Positions 1-8,834 of a stretch of 45,792 nucleotides of DNA are shown here, in pieces. How positions within the stretch are numbered: position 1 is the stretch's first letter; every line of letters begins with the position of its first letter. Where the stretch lies: IMG/VR virus record IMGVR_UViG_3300016263_001003, positions 1 to 45,792 of that record. The stretch is one strand, 5' to 3'. The position numbers and the translations under genes were made by a program. The DNA is from a virus (lineage: Duplodnaviria > Caudoviricetes). The notes below the pieces were generated by a model. That model was not told the origin of the DNA, searched no databases, and saw nothing but the letters and a program-made list of their open reading frames with translations.

Positions 1-481
1 CATCAGGAGCAGAAGGATCTGCAACAATATCAGCAGCAGTTGATAACATAAAGTCATCAGCTACTACTTTGACTCCGCCTTGTTCCACTAAAGAACCAAC
101 TCCTCTAGAGGAAACGCCGAGTTTTACACCTTCATCCAAAAGATTTTTTGCAATTTTGCCCATTGGAGTTTCTAAAATCTGAGCCTTACCAATAAAGTTT
201 TTCCCTTCTGGATATAAAGAAATGATTTTGTGAGAAACTCTGTCTAAATTTACAGATGGTCCATCTGGATGACCCAACTCACCTAAAGCTCGACCAGTCT
301 TGACATATTGATCATTGTATCTTTTAACTTCACGATCTAAAGTTTCATAACGATACATTCTACCGTTACGATTCTTCATTTCAGATTGAAGAAAAATTCC
401 TTCAATATAAAGTCTTTTCTTTCCGTTTTTTTCTTCTGTGAGGATTTGAATTTCCTCAATTTGTTCCGTAATTAGCTTCAT
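1..481 (-). CDS. gp21: Prohead core protease, T4 gp21-like (3' end runs off the window)
   Basis: Manual translation from ATG at 481-479: MKLITEQIEEIQILTEEKNGKKRLYIEGIFLQSEMKNRNGRMY...RALGELGHPDGPSVNLDRVSH...LGVSSRGVGSL...AADIVADPSAPD. Contains the NRNGR, GELGHP and GVSSRG motifs of gp21. Not in the ORF track. Confidence 0.96.
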   Translation of the reverse strand, partial: MKLITEQIEEIQILTEEKNGKKRLYIEGIFLQSEMKNRNGRMYRYETLDREVKRYNDQYVKTGRALGELGHPDGPSVNLDRVSHKIISLYPEGKNFIGKAQILETPMGKIAKNLLDEGVKLGVSSRGVGSLVEQGGVKVVADDFMLSTAADIVADPSAPD

Positions 482-483
482 GG

Positions 484-1017
484 TTATGCGTTTGAAGTGA
501 TTTGAATTTGTGAAATTTGTGCATAACCACTTGAAGATCCTAATGTTGTAACGACAACAGATCTCCTCACATTAGCTTCACCAGTAAATGCTGCAGCTGC
601 AGAAGTGTTGTGACTTACAGTGACCGATTCTAATCCTGGAATTGCATTTACTGATGTTACTAAAGCATGAGTGCAGTTATAATTTGTAACTGCGGCTCCA
701 GTGACAGTAACATAATCTCCAACAATAAATGGATTTCCGTTATTTACGGAAAAAACATATGTCGTTGATGTTCCAGTAGTTGCTGTGGAAACAACTGAAG
801 AAGCAACTCTTTCTTTTAGAACAGTGACCCCAGCAGAAGGAATAAAATAATCACTTTGAGATGCAATTACTGTTGAAGTTGACGCAACCCCAACATGAGC
901 TGCCACAGAAGTAGCAATTCTCAAATACCCAGTTTGGAGTGAAATGGGAGCAGAAGTAGCTCCAACACCAGATAAAATTGAAACAGTTGTTCCTGTTCCT
1001 ACTACTTTATGAGCCAT
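484..1017 (-). CDS. Hypothetical Ser/Thr/Val-rich beta-type protein (177 aa), probably virion-associated
   Basis: ORF track; lies between gp20 and gp21; start overlaps the upstream stop (TAATG, 1015-1019); composition resembles the structural proteins in this window. Confidence 0.8.
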   Translation of the reverse strand: MAHKVVGTGTTVSILSGVGATSAPISLQTGYLRIATSVAAHVGVASTSTVIASQSDYFIPSAGVTVLKERVASSVVSTATTGTSTTYVFSVNNGNPFIVGDYVTVTGAAVTNYNCTHALVTSVNAIPGLESVTVSHNTSAAAAFTGEANVRRSVVVTTLGSSSGYAQISQIQITSNA

Positions 1018-1190
1018 TATTCTTCCTCAGTTGTTTCTAGTGGTGAACTTCCAAACATGCTTGCAGCAACATAGGGTTTAATCTGCTCAATCTTTTCGGA
1101 TGATTTTGAAAACAACATAGATTTAATTGCATCAGAAATGTCTGAAGGTGAAGAATCAGACATTATCATTGTAATAAGTTCATTATCCAT
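1017..1190 (-). CDS. Small acidic protein (57 aa), positional analogue of T4 prohead core protein gp67
   Basis: Manual translation MDNELITMIMSDSSPSDISDAIKSMLFSKSSEKIEQIKPYVAASMFGSSPLETTEEE*. Follows a TATAAATA box and is coupled to the next gene by TAATG. The functional call is by position only. Confidence 0.8.
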   Translation of the reverse strand: MDNELITMIMSDSSPSDISDAIKSMLFSKSSEKIEQIKPYVAASMFGSSPLETTEEE

Positions 1191-1215
1191 AAATTTATTT
1201 TAATAATCTAATATT

Positions 1216-1223
1216 TATTTATA
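1216..1223 (-). promoter_or_regulatory. T4-type late promoter TATAAATA
   Basis: tatttata on the + strand, overlapping the gp20 stop codon, 25 nt upstream of the 57-aa ORF. Confidence 0.8.
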
Positions 1224-2928
1224 TTTTGCCACCTTTGGGCATCTTCATTTTTGGAGATTCTTCTCCACCTTGAGCTTCAGTTTCAGATCCAGAAATACTA
1301 GGTTCTTCCATATTTTGACCTAGACTCATTTCTTCTTGACCAAAATCTCCACCAGAACCATCCATTGGCATGCCTGTCATTGGATCAACTGGTGGTGGAA
1401 TAATTCCCAATTGTTTTTCGAAATCAATTTGTTGATCGATTTCAACAATTTCTTCGTCAGACTGACGAAGAACCTTTCTTCTTACATAATCCACAGAGTA
1501 ATATTTGCCAACATATGGTTCCAATGTTGCAAGAAGTGAGAGTCTTTCATTCATCAATTCTGCTTCTTTTAATTCTGCAAAATGATTGTCATAGAGAAAA
1601 TCATATTGAATATGATCACTCATATATTCCCAATCTTCTGGAGTAATAATATTTTTTAGAATCAATTGAGTTTTAAGCATATCATGGAAGATATTACTAA
1701 ATCTCTTTCTAAGTCTCCCTACAAATTTAGAGAACATTAATTCATCACGGAGAATTTCGGATGAACGACCTAGATTAAATCCATCGTCACTTCCAATTCT
1801 AGATTCTGGTACGTTTAGTGAACGATATAGTTTCTTTTGGAAATATTCTACGTCAGTTAATTCTCCCAAATTTTGTCCGCCAGGAAGTGTAGTGATTTCA
1901 GTTCCTCTGCCACCTTCGCGGCGAGGTAACCAGAAATCTTCAAGCATTGACATATGTTTTTTGTCATCACGAATCTCACCAGTACTTGCGTCATAAACAA
2001 GTTTGTTACGATAACGAGACATTACTTCTTTTAGGTACTGTTCCGCTTTTACTTTAGGGAGATTACCTACATCGATATAGAAAATTCTACGTTCTGGAGC
2101 ACGAGATAGTCTATAGATAACCAGTGAATCTTCAATCATTCTTAACTGGTTGAGTGCCTTGATTGCCTTATGTAGATATGATAATGTAGTTTGTTTATTT
2201 CTATCAACTAATCCAGAACTTACATATGTAATTGCATCTTTTGCAATTTTAATACCTTGGCCATATGCAGTTCCAGTTTTTAATCCATTAACTTGACTTC
2301 CTGTGCCGGTTTGTGGAGTATAAACAAAATACTCCTCAATTTCGGGTGAATTATATTTTGATAGTCCCGAATCAACATTCAAAGATGCACTACTTCCAAT
2401 TTGAGTTAGATTATTTTTTTTAATTTCCCTGATATATTTAATCTTCATGGCATCAATATATCTAATCTCTTTGATGCCTTCCTCTGGTCTCTTAAGGTCA
2501 ATTACTTTGTGGTAATAAATCCTACCATCAATATACCAATTCCTAAAAATTTCATGGGCTTTTTTGTCAAAGTCCATGATTTCTTTTAGATATTTAAATT
2601 CTTGTCTGATGATATTTTTAATTTCATCACTAACTTCTAAATTTGATAACTCAATCTCTACAGGAGAATCATTTAAATCCGAAACAATTGCTTCATTCAC
2701 AACATGTTCAATTGCAGTATCGCACTCTGGATGAAGAGACATTTCTCTATATCTCTTCAGTAAATCATATTCGGTTCTATAAACTCCTTCGATATCTACA
2801 TATTGCCCATAAAAATTACTGGCAACATAATAATCAGCCCCGTCCTCGTTAGTTCGAGGAACAGGGCTGATTGTAGTATCGGATTTGATATCACCGTCAT
2901 TAATTAAAAATCCGAATAATTTAGCCAT
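1219..2928 (-). CDS. gp20: Portal vertex protein (569 aa)
   Basis: Motifs YRLSRAPERRIFYIDVGNLPKVKAEQY, MLEDFWLPRREGGRGTEITTLPGGQNLGE and LGRSSEILRDEL are diagnostic of T4-like gp20. Confidence 0.99.
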   Translation of the reverse strand: MAKLFGFLINDGDIKSDTTISPVPRTNEDGADYYVASNFYGQYVDIEGVYRTEYDLLKRYREMSLHPECDTAIEHVVNEAIVSDLNDSPVEIELSNLEVSDEIKNIIRQEFKYLKEIMDFDKKAHEIFRNWYIDGRIYYHKVIDLKRPEEGIKEIRYIDAMKIKYIREIKKNNLTQIGSSASLNVDSGLSKYNSPEIEEYFVYTPQTGTGSQVNGLKTGTAYGQGIKIAKDAITYVSSGLVDRNKQTTLSYLHKAIKALNQLRMIEDSLVIYRLSRAPERRIFYIDVGNLPKVKAEQYLKEVMSRYRNKLVYDASTGEIRDDKKHMSMLEDFWLPRREGGRGTEITTLPGGQNLGELTDVEYFQKKLYRSLNVPESRIGSDDGFNLGRSSEILRDELMFSKFVGRLRKRFSNIFHDMLKTQLILKNIITPEDWEYMSDHIQYDFLYDNHFAELKEAELMNERLSLLATLEPYVGKYYSVDYVRRKVLRQSDEEIVEIDQQIDFEKQLGIIPPPVDPMTGMPMDGSGGDFGQEEMSLGQNMEEPSISGSETEAQGGEESPKMKMPKGGKI

Positions 2929-2953
2929 TACTATATTGTGACTTTACTTCTAC

Positions 2954-2961
2954 TATTTATA
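2954..2961 (-). promoter_or_regulatory. T4-type late promoter TATAAATA
   Basis: tatttata overlapping the gp19 stop codon, upstream of gp20. Confidence 0.8.
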
Positions 2962-3574
2962 GGAGATCTCTAGCACCATTAGGTCCTTCTTTCAGTGCTT
3001 CCCACCAATTCATCTGGAATTCAACTTGATATTCTTCAATAGAATCAGTTGTGTCATATGAAAGATCAATAGCAGTAATATTAGTTGGAAAAGCTCCATA
3101 TAACTTATAAGTTCTTAGGATAGGCATGTTGCCTCCAGTAGGACCTTTTTTATAAGGTGCTCTTCCTAGTTGATATACAAGAATTTCTTTTTGATAATCT
3201 GTTGGATTAACAAATCCAGAAGTATCTGCGTGTTTATTGATACCATTCATCCACTTTTCAAACATTCTTCTAATACCAAAATCAGTATCGTTAATGACAG
3301 TAATAGTCCAACTATCGAATGTTCTGTCTCCAGCTACGTTTAGAGTTCTTCCTCTGAATGGAACTGGAATCATGCCAAGTGTAGAAGCTGGTAAAGCAGC
3401 AGTTTTTACCAACATTCTCAATTTATCGTCAAAATCCTTAACACCGTCTGGTTGTGCAAATCTTGGAACTGGAATTTCACATTCAAATAGATTTGGTCTA
3501 GCTCCACCACCAGTCAGTTTAGATTTAAATGAATCTAGAGTTCTGTTCTTTAATGGAATGTTCTGATTAGACAT
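2957..3574 (-). CDS. gp19: Tail tube protein (205 aa)
   Basis: GGGARPNLFE, VPFRGRTLNVAGDRTFDSWTITVINDTDF and GAFPTNITAIDLSYD motifs; AAGGAG Shine-Dalgarno upstream; lies between gp18 and gp20. Confidence 0.98.
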   Translation of the reverse strand: MSNQNIPLKNRTLDSFKSKLTGGGARPNLFECEIPVPRFAQPDGVKDFDDKLRMLVKTAALPASTLGMIPVPFRGRTLNVAGDRTFDSWTITVINDTDFGIRRMFEKWMNGINKHADTSGFVNPTDYQKEILVYQLGRAPYKKGPTGGNMPILRTYKLYGAFPTNITAIDLSYDTTDSIEEYQVEFQMNWWEALKEGPNGARDLL

Positions 3575-3596
3575 TTTTAAAATTCTCCTTTAATTT

Positions 3597-5744
3597 TTAG
3601 AATCTACCAACAACTTCTTCGAAGCTGATTCCAGTTCTCGTGGCAACAAAAGTAAGTCCAATGAAGTTAATTGTACGAGCTGGTTTGACATAAACGTCTG
3701 CTACAAACTCGTTTCTATCAATTACATCTGGAGTATTGTTTGTTTCATCGCAAATTAATAGAAATTCAGTAATTCCTCTTTTAGCTTCAATGTCTCTCAA
3801 GTATGGTTCTACTTGATTCACAAACGATGATCTTGTAAATTCATCATTAAATTCAAAGAGGAATGATTTGGAGATATTTGAAATTACAGATTCGATTTCT
3901 AAGAACAATCTTCTAACATTAATTCTGTCAAAAGCTGTTGAATATGTTACCGATGTTTTATCTCCAAAGAGGATAGTTCCAGTAGATTTATTGTATACTA
4001 CTGGGTTAACACCATTGATATACAGTTCATCTCTTTGAGTTTGATTTGGGTTATATGCTAACTTGATTGCATTTAAAATTTGACCCCTTTCAGCTCCAGC
4101 AGGAGAATACCAACTTTGATAATTGATGGATGTTCTTACCATCAATCCAGCTACATCTGGATTGCAAGCTACATATCTAAATTTTTTATTAAATCTATCA
4201 TAGATGTACTTATAACCAGAATCAAAAATTGCATAAGTGCTGTTATTTACACCATTAAAGAAAGAAACAATGTTTGTTGTTTTTGCATCTGATGTAATAT
4301 TTGGATTGATAACATCATTACTAAAAGCAGAAGCTACCACAATACAATCTTTTCTAGACTCTGCAATTGCAATTAATTTATTGATCTTGGCTTGAGATTC
4401 TGGTATTGTAGATTTAGAAGGTCCACAAATTAAGAAATCTACATCCTCTTCTTCTGGATTTGATACCAAATCATAAGCATCGGATAAGTTGGATAACGAT
4501 GCAGTATAATCATCAACTCCACCAGTTAAGGTGAATACTTGATTTCCAATTACATTATAATGTAGAGTAGTATTTGATAAAATCTCTGTTCCCCAGAGAT
4601 TAGCTGCAGTAGTTACACCAACTCTAGATCTTACTCCATCTTGAGGAGCTCCTGCAAAGATATAATTGGAGTTTGATACTAGAAGTGGTTTATAATAATT
4701 AGTAGCTCCCTGGTCTGTAGCTTGTGGGCACTTAGATACGAAAGTAAACTTTTCTACTAAATTTCCAACGATTCCAGTTGTTGATCCAGAATCATCAATG
4801 ACTGCAATATGAAAAGCATCATTAGATGAATTTCTTGATCGTACAAAATTAGTAGTTCTTGGTTTTGGAGCAATAGACTTCCAGAAAATATTTGTATTGT
4901 CTAAAACAATTTTTTGTTGATCGTACCAATCTTTTGTTGTGTATGTCGTTTGGTCAATTGTTTCTGAATAGTTTGCATTGGCATTGAAGTAAACCGTTTC
5001 AGTATCTTTTAACTCAAAATTACTATTTGGTTTATATTCAATATCAACAGTTGATGTTCCAGATCCAATTCTCACATAGTTCCATTTAACTGATGCTTGA
5101 GATGCTTCAATTTCAGTAACAATACCATTCAAGACTGTTGATGTATTAAATACAGTGGTAGATCCAATTCCAGCGGAAGTTCTTGGTGCAGTCATTGCAA
5201 AAGTAACCGCAGATCCAACTTGAATGTATGAAGTATCAATACCAGTAATAATTTGATCAGCGGCATCGTCAATAACACAAACTTTTAAATTATTTGCCCA
5301 AATTCCTGGGTTTCTTGCTGACCATTCCCAAGTTAAAGATGCATTGTCAATATAATTTTCGTTGTAGTCTGTGGTATTCTTAACTTCTACTCCAGACACT
5401 GCAGTAGTAGCTACACCAACAGAGTTTGATCCAATAAACTTGGATACGTTTGCTGAACTATGTGTGTTTGAACTTGTTCTTACTACCTTTACAATCCCAC
5501 CATAAGATAGGAAAGTTTCTGCCGCATAGTAATACTCATATTGGTCTCCATTATTTTTTGGTTTTCCAAAAGTTCTAACTAATTCATCTTCATTTCTGAT
5601 AGTTACGACTTCTTCAATTGGACCCTGTTCAAATGGTCCAGCAATTACTCCAATGAATTGATTCTGTTCTAAAGGTGATCCTTTTGTAAGATCAACCTCT
5701 TTTACAACAATTCCTGGTGATGCCAACCCTAATCCTAGTGACAT
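3597..5744 (-). CDS. gp18: Tail sheath protein (715 aa)
   Basis: N-terminal SPGIVVKEVDLT; C-terminal WYSPAGAERG, LFGDKT, AFDRINVRRLF and CDETNNTPDVIDRNEFVADVYVKPARTINFI. Confidence 0.99.
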   Translation of the reverse strand: MSLGLGLASPGIVVKEVDLTKGSPLEQNQFIGVIAGPFEQGPIEEVVTIRNEDELVRTFGKPKNNGDQYEYYYAAETFLSYGGIVKVVRTSSNTHSSANVSKFIGSNSVGVATTAVSGVEVKNTTDYNENYIDNASLTWEWSARNPGIWANNLKVCVIDDAADQIITGIDTSYIQVGSAVTFAMTAPRTSAGIGSTTVFNTSTVLNGIVTEIEASQASVKWNYVRIGSGTSTVDIEYKPNSNFELKDTETVYFNANANYSETIDQTTYTTKDWYDQQKIVLDNTNIFWKSIAPKPRTTNFVRSRNSSNDAFHIAVIDDSGSTTGIVGNLVEKFTFVSKCPQATDQGATNYYKPLLVSNSNYIFAGAPQDGVRSRVGVTTAANLWGTEILSNTTLHYNVIGNQVFTLTGGVDDYTASLSNLSDAYDLVSNPEEEDVDFLICGPSKSTIPESQAKINKLIAIAESRKDCIVVASAFSNDVINPNITSDAKTTNIVSFFNGVNNSTYAIFDSGYKYIYDRFNKKFRYVACNPDVAGLMVRTSINYQSWYSPAGAERGQILNAIKLAYNPNQTQRDELYINGVNPVVYNKSTGTILFGDKTSVTYSTAFDRINVRRLFLEIESVISNISKSFLFEFNDEFTRSSFVNQVEPYLRDIEAKRGITEFLLICDETNNTPDVIDRNEFVADVYVKPARTINFIGLTFVATRTGISFEEVVGRF

Positions 5745-5779
5745 GTCTTACCTCTAAGAGATCATTTACTAACTAAATC

Positions 5780-5786
5780 TATTTAG
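5780..5786 (-). promoter_or_regulatory. Late promoter variant CTAAATA upstream of gp18
   Basis: tatttag in the gp17-gp18 gap, within the inverted repeat ctaaat-ct-atttag (5773-5786). Confidence 0.65.
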
Positions 5787-5800
5787 GATTTTTTATTTTT

Positions 5801-7480
5801 TTAACGATATTCCCACATGTAACTACGATCTCCATATTCATCAACGTTCCACTTCTCAGAATCATCAACTATTAACCATCGATCTCCATTTTGATCGATG
5901 ACTACAGTTTCTTCTTCCAGTCCATCAGAAATAAATCCAAAAGGAGCCATATCTTGTTCAATTTGATTTTTTTGTTCATCATAAATTCTCTTGCGAACAT
6001 CATTATCGGTCATCTCCTTAAAATAAGGTTGAACAACTAACCAAGAGAAAATTACAAGACACATTGATAAGTCATCATTTGCACCCTCTTCAGCTTCAAA
6101 TGATTGGTTTTTTTGAACGAAAGTTGTCAGTTCGGAAATAATTTCATAATCATTGAATAGTAATTTATCATCTTCCACTAATGTTTTTAAATTTGAACAT
6201 CCAATTTTTTTGACAGTCTTGGACATTTTTAGTCCAAGTTGAGATTTATTTCCAGAAAATCCTTGACCAACAATCTGACCTGCTCTACCACGCATGGCAC
6301 ACATTAATATGTGATCATACTCAAGATCGAAATGTAAAATATTTGCTACCTGTTCTCCAATATCGTTAATCTCAATTAAGACATACGCTTTATTGTATGC
6401 TTCTGCAACTTCCTGGATAATGTTTGGAAACAACATTGGTTTGATTTGATTATTCCTATATTTTCCTACAACTCTCCAAGGAAAACTTGTTATATCGAAG
6501 ACAATAAAAGCTGAATAGTCACTCTCAACACCCCTTGCAACGTCGGCTGTTATGATATAATGATGTTCATCTTTTGGATGTTCATAAATGTCTAGACCTT
6601 TGTTTGATTTTATTGGATTGTCAAAAACAAGTGATCTTAGTTTTGATGATGAAATGAGAGTATCTGATGATCCGAGAAAGTCACACTCAAACTCCTGTTG
6701 GAATTGTTGTGGAGATGTGTTGGCAATAGTTTGTTCTTTCCACTTATCATCTCTACCAGGAACTTCACTCCAATGAACATCTGTTGGAATATATTCGTTT
6801 CTCCCCCTTTCGGCGTCATGCCATAGTCGGTAAAAGTGATTCATCCCCTTGGGGGTTGAAACAATAATTACTTTTGTTGTTTTACCAGATGAAATTGTTG
6901 GGTATACTGAGGAAAAGAATTCATCAGCGATATGATTGGGGATGAATGCAAATTCGTCCAAGAAAATAATGTTGAATGACATTCCTCGGACTGCAGATGC
7001 TGATGTGGATGCAGCAATAATCTTAGAACCATTTTCCAATTCAAGTGATGCTTTGTTCCATACTTGAACACCTTGTTGCATCCACTTTGGCAGATTCTCA
7101 TACGCAAGTTGCAATCTACCTAAGAGATCTTTTGCAGTTGAAGCTTTGTTTGCAAGAATACCAACGTTTACATTGTCATTGAAAACAACATAATGCAATA
7201 AGTAAGACACCACAGTAGTCGATTTTCCAGACTGACGTGGCATCTTACATATATTAAATCTATTACTATGAAAATTATTAACTAACTTTTCTTGAAATGG
7301 GTAGATATCAAAAGGTATTAAGCCATGATCTAGTGAAACAATTTTAATATAGTTTTTTGCAAAGTAAACTGGATCATTTTTGCATTTTATAAATTCAATG
7401 ACCTGTTCCTCAGTAAATTCTATGGGAACATTGGCTTTTTTTAGATTGGGATTACCTAAGTATACTGTATCTTTACTCAT
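5801..7480 (-). CDS. gp17: Terminase large subunit (559 aa)
   Basis: YLGNPNLK N-terminus, Walker A MPRQSGKST, Walker B IIFLDEFAF, motif III VSTPKG, nuclease motifs ADVARG and NDDLSM; uninterrupted. Confidence 0.99.
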   Translation of the reverse strand: MSKDTVYLGNPNLKKANVPIEFTEEQVIEFIKCKNDPVYFAKNYIKIVSLDHGLIPFDIYPFQEKLVNNFHSNRFNICKMPRQSGKSTTVVSYLLHYVVFNDNVNVGILANKASTAKDLLGRLQLAYENLPKWMQQGVQVWNKASLELENGSKIIAASTSASAVRGMSFNIIFLDEFAFIPNHIADEFFSSVYPTISSGKTTKVIIVSTPKGMNHFYRLWHDAERGRNEYIPTDVHWSEVPGRDDKWKEQTIANTSPQQFQQEFECDFLGSSDTLISSSKLRSLVFDNPIKSNKGLDIYEHPKDEHHYIITADVARGVESDYSAFIVFDITSFPWRVVGKYRNNQIKPMLFPNIIQEVAEAYNKAYVLIEINDIGEQVANILHFDLEYDHILMCAMRGRAGQIVGQGFSGNKSQLGLKMSKTVKKIGCSNLKTLVEDDKLLFNDYEIISELTTFVQKNQSFEAEEGANDDLSMCLVIFSWLVVQPYFKEMTDNDVRKRIYDEQKNQIEQDMAPFGFISDGLEEETVVIDQNGDRWLIVDDSEKWNVDEYGDRSYMWEYR

Positions 7481-7706
7481 TTACTCTTTTTAAATCTTTA
7501 TCCAACTCATGCATACTATTTAATCTCTTTTCCCAACCTTTCCCATCAGTGGTTCCTTTTTTTGGATTGATGCAAGTTTCATCTCCGAATTTGTCACAAA
7601 CTAAACTTGCTAGTTCTGATTCATTTCCTGGTTTATTTGAACCAGTCCAATAGTGTTGATTATCAATCCATGTAGCCCCACACTTAGGGCAGGTTTTGGT
7701 GTTCAT
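7473..7706 (-). CDS. Hypothetical Cys-containing protein (77 aa), possible zinc binder
   Basis: ORF track; CPKC plus a later C-x6-C pair; overlaps the gp17 start by 8 nt. Confidence 0.8.
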   Translation of the reverse strand: MNTKTCPKCGATWIDNQHYWTGSNKPGNESELASLVCDKFGDETCINPKKGTTDGKGWEKRLNSMHELDKDLKRVNE

Positions 7707-7777
7707 TTGTCTTACCTTGAGACGGCAATCCTATTATATAGACAAAACCAGATTTGGCATGTATTGAAATGAACACT

Positions 7778-8512
7778 TTATAGTTCGTTTTTAATTAATA
7801 ACATATCAAAAGCAGCAGTAACACGAGAATTATTTCCTCTTGTAGTAGTTCTAACATCAATATCGGAATGTTGTGGTAATTCTATTGGAAATGCAAATTT
7901 ATAAAAGTATTCTCCACCCGCACCATTTACCTCGAAAGTATGTCCTACTCTAAATGCTTGACCAATAGTATTATATCTAACCATCATAAAACCAGTTGCA
8001 TCACCACCTGTTTGAATAGTGCATACTCCTTGATATAGATATCCAGTATAACCATTGGGAACAGTGTAAACCGACATCAAAGTTTGCCCCAATCCAGCAG
8101 AAATTCTTAAAACTTCTACTCCCCCTCTCGAAAAATTTAATTGACCAACATTGTTTGTTCCAGTTTTTACAAATGCTCTGAATACTCTTTTAAAAATTTT
8201 AGTTCCTGTTACAGTTCCTGCACTTGATAATGTAAAGTCTTCTTCAATCAAGTCCCAATTTGAATCTAATCCAATTATTGTGATCACTTTTCCATCATCA
8301 GACGCACCAACTTGCGCTGCGACAAGAACTCCAGGAGTATCAAATGCACTCCAAGGATACAAAGTATCTGGTTTATCCCATACTGTTGCAGTGGTATTGA
8401 TAGATTGAATTGGAGTTGCACCAAACTTATGAAGTGTTGATGCTCCTCTTACTTTCTTACGAGCAACATTCAAATCAAATTGTTCATCCCAAATATAATT
8501 TTTAAATCCCAT
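7778..8512 (-). CDS. Hypothetical beta-rich protein (244 aa), possibly virion structural
   Basis: ORF track; co-oriented and tightly packed with its neighbours; no catalytic motif recognised. Confidence 0.8.
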   Translation of the reverse strand: MGFKNYIWDEQFDLNVARKKVRGASTLHKFGATPIQSINTTATVWDKPDTLYPWSAFDTPGVLVAAQVGASDDGKVITIIGLDSNWDLIEEDFTLSSAGTVTGTKIFKRVFRAFVKTGTNNVGQLNFSRGGVEVLRISAGLGQTLMSVYTVPNGYTGYLYQGVCTIQTGGDATGFMMVRYNTIGQAFRVGHTFEVNGAGGEYFYKFAFPIELPQHSDIDVRTTTRGNNSRVTAAFDMLLIKNEL

Positions 8513-8515
8513 AAT

Positions 8516-8833
8516 TTATACCCAATCTAATTTTGCTGGATGATATCTTTTTACGTTCTTGATGTTTGTATTATTTTGTTCTACTGGATAAATGTTATGG
8601 ACAATTGCACCTGGATATTCCAATTGAAGTTGTTCACCCAACTCTTGTTTTGTTGGTAATCCAGACTTAGTTTCAAGTTCTAATCTATAAAGATTTCCTT
8701 GCCATACTACATCAGCAAGATAACTCTCACCAACCTCTTGTGGTTGTTCTGGTTGCGAGTTGATATAAAGATTTCCGTTGAAATCTCCAGATATATTTAC
8801 TGATTCGGATAAAAATTGATTGAATGATTTCAT
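8516..8833 (-). CDS. Putative internal head protein (105 aa) with a capsid-targeting-sequence-like N-terminus
   Basis: Starts MKSFNQFLSE, resembling the T4 IPIII capsid targeting sequence MKTYQEFIAE and ending in an L-X-E gp21-type site. Confidence 0.75.
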   Translation of the reverse strand: MKSFNQFLSESVNISGDFNGNLYINSQPEQPQEVGESYLADVVWQGNLYRLELETKSGLPTKQELGEQLQLEYPGAIVHNIYPVEQNNTNIKNVKRYHPAKLDWV

Positions 8834-8834
8834 T

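Noticed and set aside
5801-7480. Intein or intron in the terminase, a common insertion site
   Set aside because: The ORF has normal length with all motifs contiguous.
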